NCBI GenBank assembly: GCA_964036045.1
Contig: OZ038378.1
Location: 93,930,001-93,994,000 of the forward strand
Reading direction: 5' to 3'
From: Eutreptiella sp. 'Long Island Sound 2002'
Lineage: Eukaryota; Protista; Euglenida
Length of the DNA stretch: 64,000 nucleotides
This document shows positions 59,260-64,000 of the stretch, one piece after another (position 1 is the first letter of the stretch; every line of letters begins with the position of its first letter). The notes beneath the pieces are model-generated. The model searched no databases and was not told the DNA's origin. It worked only from the letters and a program-made list of their open reading frames with translations. Both the position numbers and the translations under genes were made by a program.

Positions 59260-62200
59260 TTTATTTTGCACCAACTTGTAGATCAAAGGTTGTAAATGTA
59301 ACATGGTGTTGTTGCATGTGCTCCTCCTTGTTTCTGGCCCTCTGTTTCAACCCGCTCCCCCCATTTCCCCCCATTTCCCCCCATTTTCCCCCATTTTCCT
59401 CCATTTTTCCTGTTTTCCCATTTTTCTCCGGGTGCATTAGCGGGTGCATTACGTCCCCCCCTGGCCGGGTCATTCTCCTCCCTATAGGTGCAGAGTTGAG
59501 GTTGAGGACCTTTCCATGGCATCGCATTCAAACAGAGGAGATTATTGATGGCCTGGCGGCTAATTCTCCGTCTCGATGGCTGGCTTTGGAAATGTCAAAG
59601 CAAACGTCCTCGATCGGAAAGGTTGTTCCTTTGGGAGCATTGAGGGTGGTGGGTTCACATGTGTTGTGCGTGGGTGGGTGGTGGAATAGGTGAGTGTGAG
59701 CTGGATGTGTGTGAGTGGTGGGTGTTTGAAGGTGCAATATAGTGCATTGAAGGAGAACTTGATCGTTCGTTGAGCAAATAATGAGCGCCAAGCTGAGCGC
59801 GTCGACCGTTCTCGTACTCGGGTGTGATTCCAAGTGTGTTGATGGTGGATTGAATCGGATAATTGGAGGGAGAAGCCGACTGAATCGGTGGGTTTGAGTT
59901 GAAGTAGAAAGGGAAGTAGCGTGTGTAGTAATGCAGATTCGGATGTTACGAAAATAAGCGAAGGGAAACACTGGACGATGTGTGTCATATACAAAAAAAA
60001 GCGCCGCAGCTGTGAAGCAATTGAGGAATGGGAGATCATCAATGCGTGCGTAATAAGCAGAAGACGGGTATCGAAACGATATGGCAATGTGTCAGGTTGT
60101 GGGAACGGGAAAGGGAGATACTTTGAATGGTTGTGAGTTTTTAGGCGGAGAACAAGGAAGTTATTCACGAACTTTCCAACATGATGGTACAAATGGGTGG
60201 GGGGATGGGTAAGCAACCAAATCGGGTCTCGAAAAACGAAATGTATAGCCCGTTGAGTGTGGTTTTTGTGTGTTATCGAGAGGTGACTGATTTGTTTACG
60301 ACTCTCGGAGTGTAATGACAAGGAAAGGGTGGAGCATACATCCGAGCCCTGATTTTGGAGATCATGAGCAAGGGTGAGAAGTCAAAGGACTGCAAGTAGA
60401 AGCATCATTGGGCGAGCAAGCAATGTGAGATTACATGCATGACAGGGAGAGAAATGCTAAATTGGATTGCTGACATTGAAAAATTGGAAATGGATTGATT
60501 CGGGTTCGAAAATGTAGATCGCGAAGGGGCGGAAGTGGAAGTGCAGAAGAAGGGAGGTTGATTTGATTAAGATGCAGTGCCGAGGCAACCTGCGGAAGTG
60601 TGGTTGGGTCAAAGACCTAGAGGAGTGGGTGTTGGAGTGGCCTAGAACATTGGTGTTAGTTGGCTTTTGTTCGATATTTATCGCGAGGTGGCTTGGGCAA
60701 TGCATTGTTATTGGCACCCCGATCTTGACCGATGGTTTTGATTATTTCCCAATCGTCAACCATTCGATTTGGAGCTTGCACGTTTGTTTTGAATCATGAG
60801 TTGTTGTTGTTGGATGTTGACATTTTTTCCTTGATTAAATGTGATGTGATCAACTTGTTGGCTGTGTGCTAGGACTGGTGATCCGGAATGGGCGTAGGTA
60901 CTTTCGTAAGAGTTGCTAGTGCCAATGGACTTGGAAGAAAAGTTGAGAGGCACAATTTTCTCTATTTCTCCAAAAATGGCTGCCACTTTGGTGAGATGGT
61001 GTCGGCCGTAGCTTCAAGGACAATTGCTTTGTCGCAATTGAGAATATGGTTTTTGATTGGATTGGTGGAGGTGTTTTGGAGGCGGGGGTTCGGGGTGTAA
61101 TCGCCATCAAGATAAAGCATTTTCAATCCCGCATCCCATAGGGTTTGGTTGAGCCAATGAATTCGGCTTAACTCACAGGTGGAATTTGAAGGAATTTAAT
61201 TGGCATCAAAGTGAAAGATAACGGAGTATTTAGTGCGGATCATGGCATGTAGTAGACATTCATGCAAGCCATGGACATTGGCGGGCTTGTTCATTTATTC
61301 AAGGGGCTCAATGGGTGGATTTCCCTTCCTTTGCACCGCAATGAAAGAATTATAGTGTGTGGATGTGGCGAAGGGAAAGGTGAATAGGCTTGGATATTGT
61401 GAGGTGATCGGATGAGATTTTTGAAGAACTGAAGCACGCTCATCGATTTCATCCGGGTGACATTCTATGTCGAAACGGAAATATTCCTCTTCTTCATTTT
61501 CACTGGGAAATTTGAGAATTGGTGATGGTCATTTGTGAAAAGCGGCACGTTGAAAATCGGCCGTGGAAGAGGCAAAGGTTTGGGTGTCGGAGAGCTTGCC
61601 TTGCAACAGTTTATTGAGAAATCGTAGGCGCTCTTGCGACTTCCATCTTTTAGGAGCCGTTTTTGGACGTCCACTCTTAAAAAGGTAGAGTCCGTGTCCA
61701 GGGAGTGGAAGTCCGGTCTTTTCAAATTGAAGGTGGTGGAAGAATCGGTTGTTAAAATCATGATTCCCGTTGAGTTGTTAAAGGAAGCTTCACGAAGGGT
61801 GGGGGCGGATTCGTTGATTTGGTCCATGACGAAAGGTATGAAAGTATGGAGGAATTCTAGGTATGAGAGGTAACGCAAGAATTTTTGGAATATCGGGCGA
61901 TAGTCCCATACCGAGGCATCGGCGGGTTGGAGGCTTGCGTCAAGCACCGGCAAGAAAATTGTCCCTTTGAGATAGGTTCCTTTGTCAGCACATTCTTTGA
62001 TTGCTTCGTATGGTGGTAGTGTTAGTGTTAGTGTGATAGTCTAATGTTTGATTGTAGGTGTTGTTTAGGGCGTCCCGGTCGAAAATATCAGTGCAAAATA
62101 GGGTTGCGACAAAGGATTTGGTTGTTGAAGTGAGTAAAACGGAGGCAAGTAGTTTCTTGATCAAATCCATCTCCACTTGATATGTATTTTGCATTTTCAA

Positions 62201-64000
62201 GTGCGGAGGCGCTTTTCAGCGTGGAGGTGTCGTACAGGTAGGAGTTTACTGGACCGAATACGTGTTGGCTGTCATTCGTAAAAATGCCAACTTCAAAACC
62301 ATCGGTTATTTCCCATTGTTTGGCAAGTATGTGCGGTGGGTATGAGTGTTGGCGTTTTTTTTGGAGAAAACTTGGGTGGTGTTGAAGTTTTCAACTTTGT
62401 AGATGGTGGGTGCTTGGTTGGATTCAAGTCGTTGACAAAGTGAAGTTTTGGTGGCGGGGGTGGGGTGGGGTGGGGCGTTGGATTGGAAAATTTTCTTTTG
62501 GTGGGTGTTGGGTTAGTAATAGAGGTGGCTTCGGTAGGCAAATCCTTTGAATTAGTTGAGACGGATCCAGGCGGATCGGAGTGTGGAAAGGAGTCCCTTG
62601 TCTTTTTGGTGCTAGTACCATTGTTAGTCGGAGGAGCATCGTTTTGAGGTGGTTTGTGAGATGAACTGGATCTTGGCTCCTTGTCTTGAGACCTTTTGAT
62701 CCATTTGGGTGACGGCTTTGGTGAAGGTTTTGGCGAGTTTCGAGATTTGGGGCCATGTTTTTTTTTGGCGTACTCAGAAGGCTTTCATTCTTGAGATCCA
62801 CCGGCGAATCGTCCTCTGGGATGACTTGACTTTGTCAACGTCGAGAAATTTGGTGACTTCTTCGAGCTTGACCTTTCTCGGCAGTGGCTTTTTGTCCATT
62901 TTTCTAGACGTTCAACTCTGTCTCTCACGTGACGGTCTTTGACTGCACTTCTATCGGTTCGGTCTTTTTGATTTGATTTTCCCATCTCTTTGATGAAATC
63001 AGGAACACAATTTCAGACTGAATTGGGATCTCCGTATTTTGCAGTCGTAGTCAATGGGTTTGTCAGACCGTGTAGAAAGAAGAAATGGATGTCAAAATTC
63101 GGGAATTTAAATAAAACGCGGCTTTTATATTTTCACAGCTTGAAGGCTAACCGCACACCTTCGCTATGATTGGCCACACACAGCCCTTGTGTGTTGGTCA
63201 TTCTCCCTTCTCCACAGCTTGGAGCTGTGTAGGTCAGAAGGTTGAGCCACTCTTTTTTTTGCACCTGGTGGTCTCCCTTCTCCTCCGCACTTTGTGCATT
63301 GCAGGGCACACCGGAACCTGATGATGAAGAACCACCCGGATCTAGGTGGAAGTGATTACGTCGCCACCAAAGTGAACGAGGCCAAGACTGTGTTGCTGCC
63401 CCAGGAGCAGCAGAAGTGATCAGCCAAAGCCCTACCTTGGAGTGCAGATTTTGTGGAAGATTGGACATGAGCTGAGTTTGCAGTCAGCTGGCATGTGTTG
63501 TGCCGCACTGACACAGGGGCTGCTCTGTCTGGGCAGGCAAATGTGGGGCAGCATTCGTGAAAATCCTGGAGTACCATTGGACCTCAAGTGGGTTCAGTGA
63601 GCAGCCTCTGCACACTAAGTAGAGACGGATGGGTTGCAGGGAAAGGGAAAGAGCTGCTTGGGGAGTCAAGGGATTATGACGTGGTGGTGCAAGAATTTTC
63701 TGAGTTATTCTTGAAAACAGCTTTCTTCTGGCCTTTGGCCAGGAATTCATGCTTCTTTTTTAAGCAGGCCAAAGGGCGGAAGGGGCCACGTAGGCCATAA
63801 CATGGGCATATCCCGGCTCAAAGTTCATCAGTGTTTCGAGTCTGTGGTTAAGATCTTGGGGATTGCTTGGAAATCCTCCAATGCAAGGGGAAAGACACAG
63901 CTGACTGCCCTGAGTCGCCTCAGTGTCTCCCCCAATAGCCGGTGGTGGTCTCCCGTGCTTACTGATTGCGGAGCAAGTCCTGCCTGTCCTGTCGTGCACA

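Larger units (their letters stand above)
55800..63130 (-). mobile_element. Old, decayed LINE-like element (ORF1-like 5' region, RT-like middle), interrupted by younger insertions
   Basis: Long GT-rich plus-strand asymmetry, with weak RT-like fragments (RPFAIYIFEP) and a basic N-terminal ORF near 62985. No intact motif was seen. Confidence 0.4.

Noticed and set aside
63133-64000. KDZ-type or other transposase at the window end
   Set aside because: Only vague motif resemblance in heavily interrupted frames; not supportable.

Overview
This is a eukaryotic nuclear repeat graveyard with no recognisable host housekeeping gene, rRNA or tRNA. A nuclear copy of plastid DNA (petB followed by atpB, both with group II introns) points to a photosynthetic euglenid host (inference). 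The left 39 kb holds three related, nested DNA transposons, here called A, B and C. They have 5'-CTT(A/G)GG termini and 5-bp target duplications. Each carries a DDE transposase with a G-x-W-H-P-Y motif (Academ/DUF6589-like) and a spliced gene made of a ParB-like domain plus a degenerate amino-methyltransferase-like domain. Each element is studded with its own 18-20 bp palindrome, and in B these come in pairs 69-70 bp apart. B is inserted in the transposase of C. A is partly inverted (7635-10771), and both inversion junctions rejoin in frame. A CMC-type element interrupts the cargo gene of C. The right 25 kb holds decayed LINE fragments, a hAT transposase pseudogene and the plastid insertion. 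That insertion is split by an 8.27-kb hAT-like element (8-bp TSD) whose cargo is mostly satellite arrays. All family assignments come from motifs read by eye and need HMM confirmation. Almost all coding sequences are pseudogenised.
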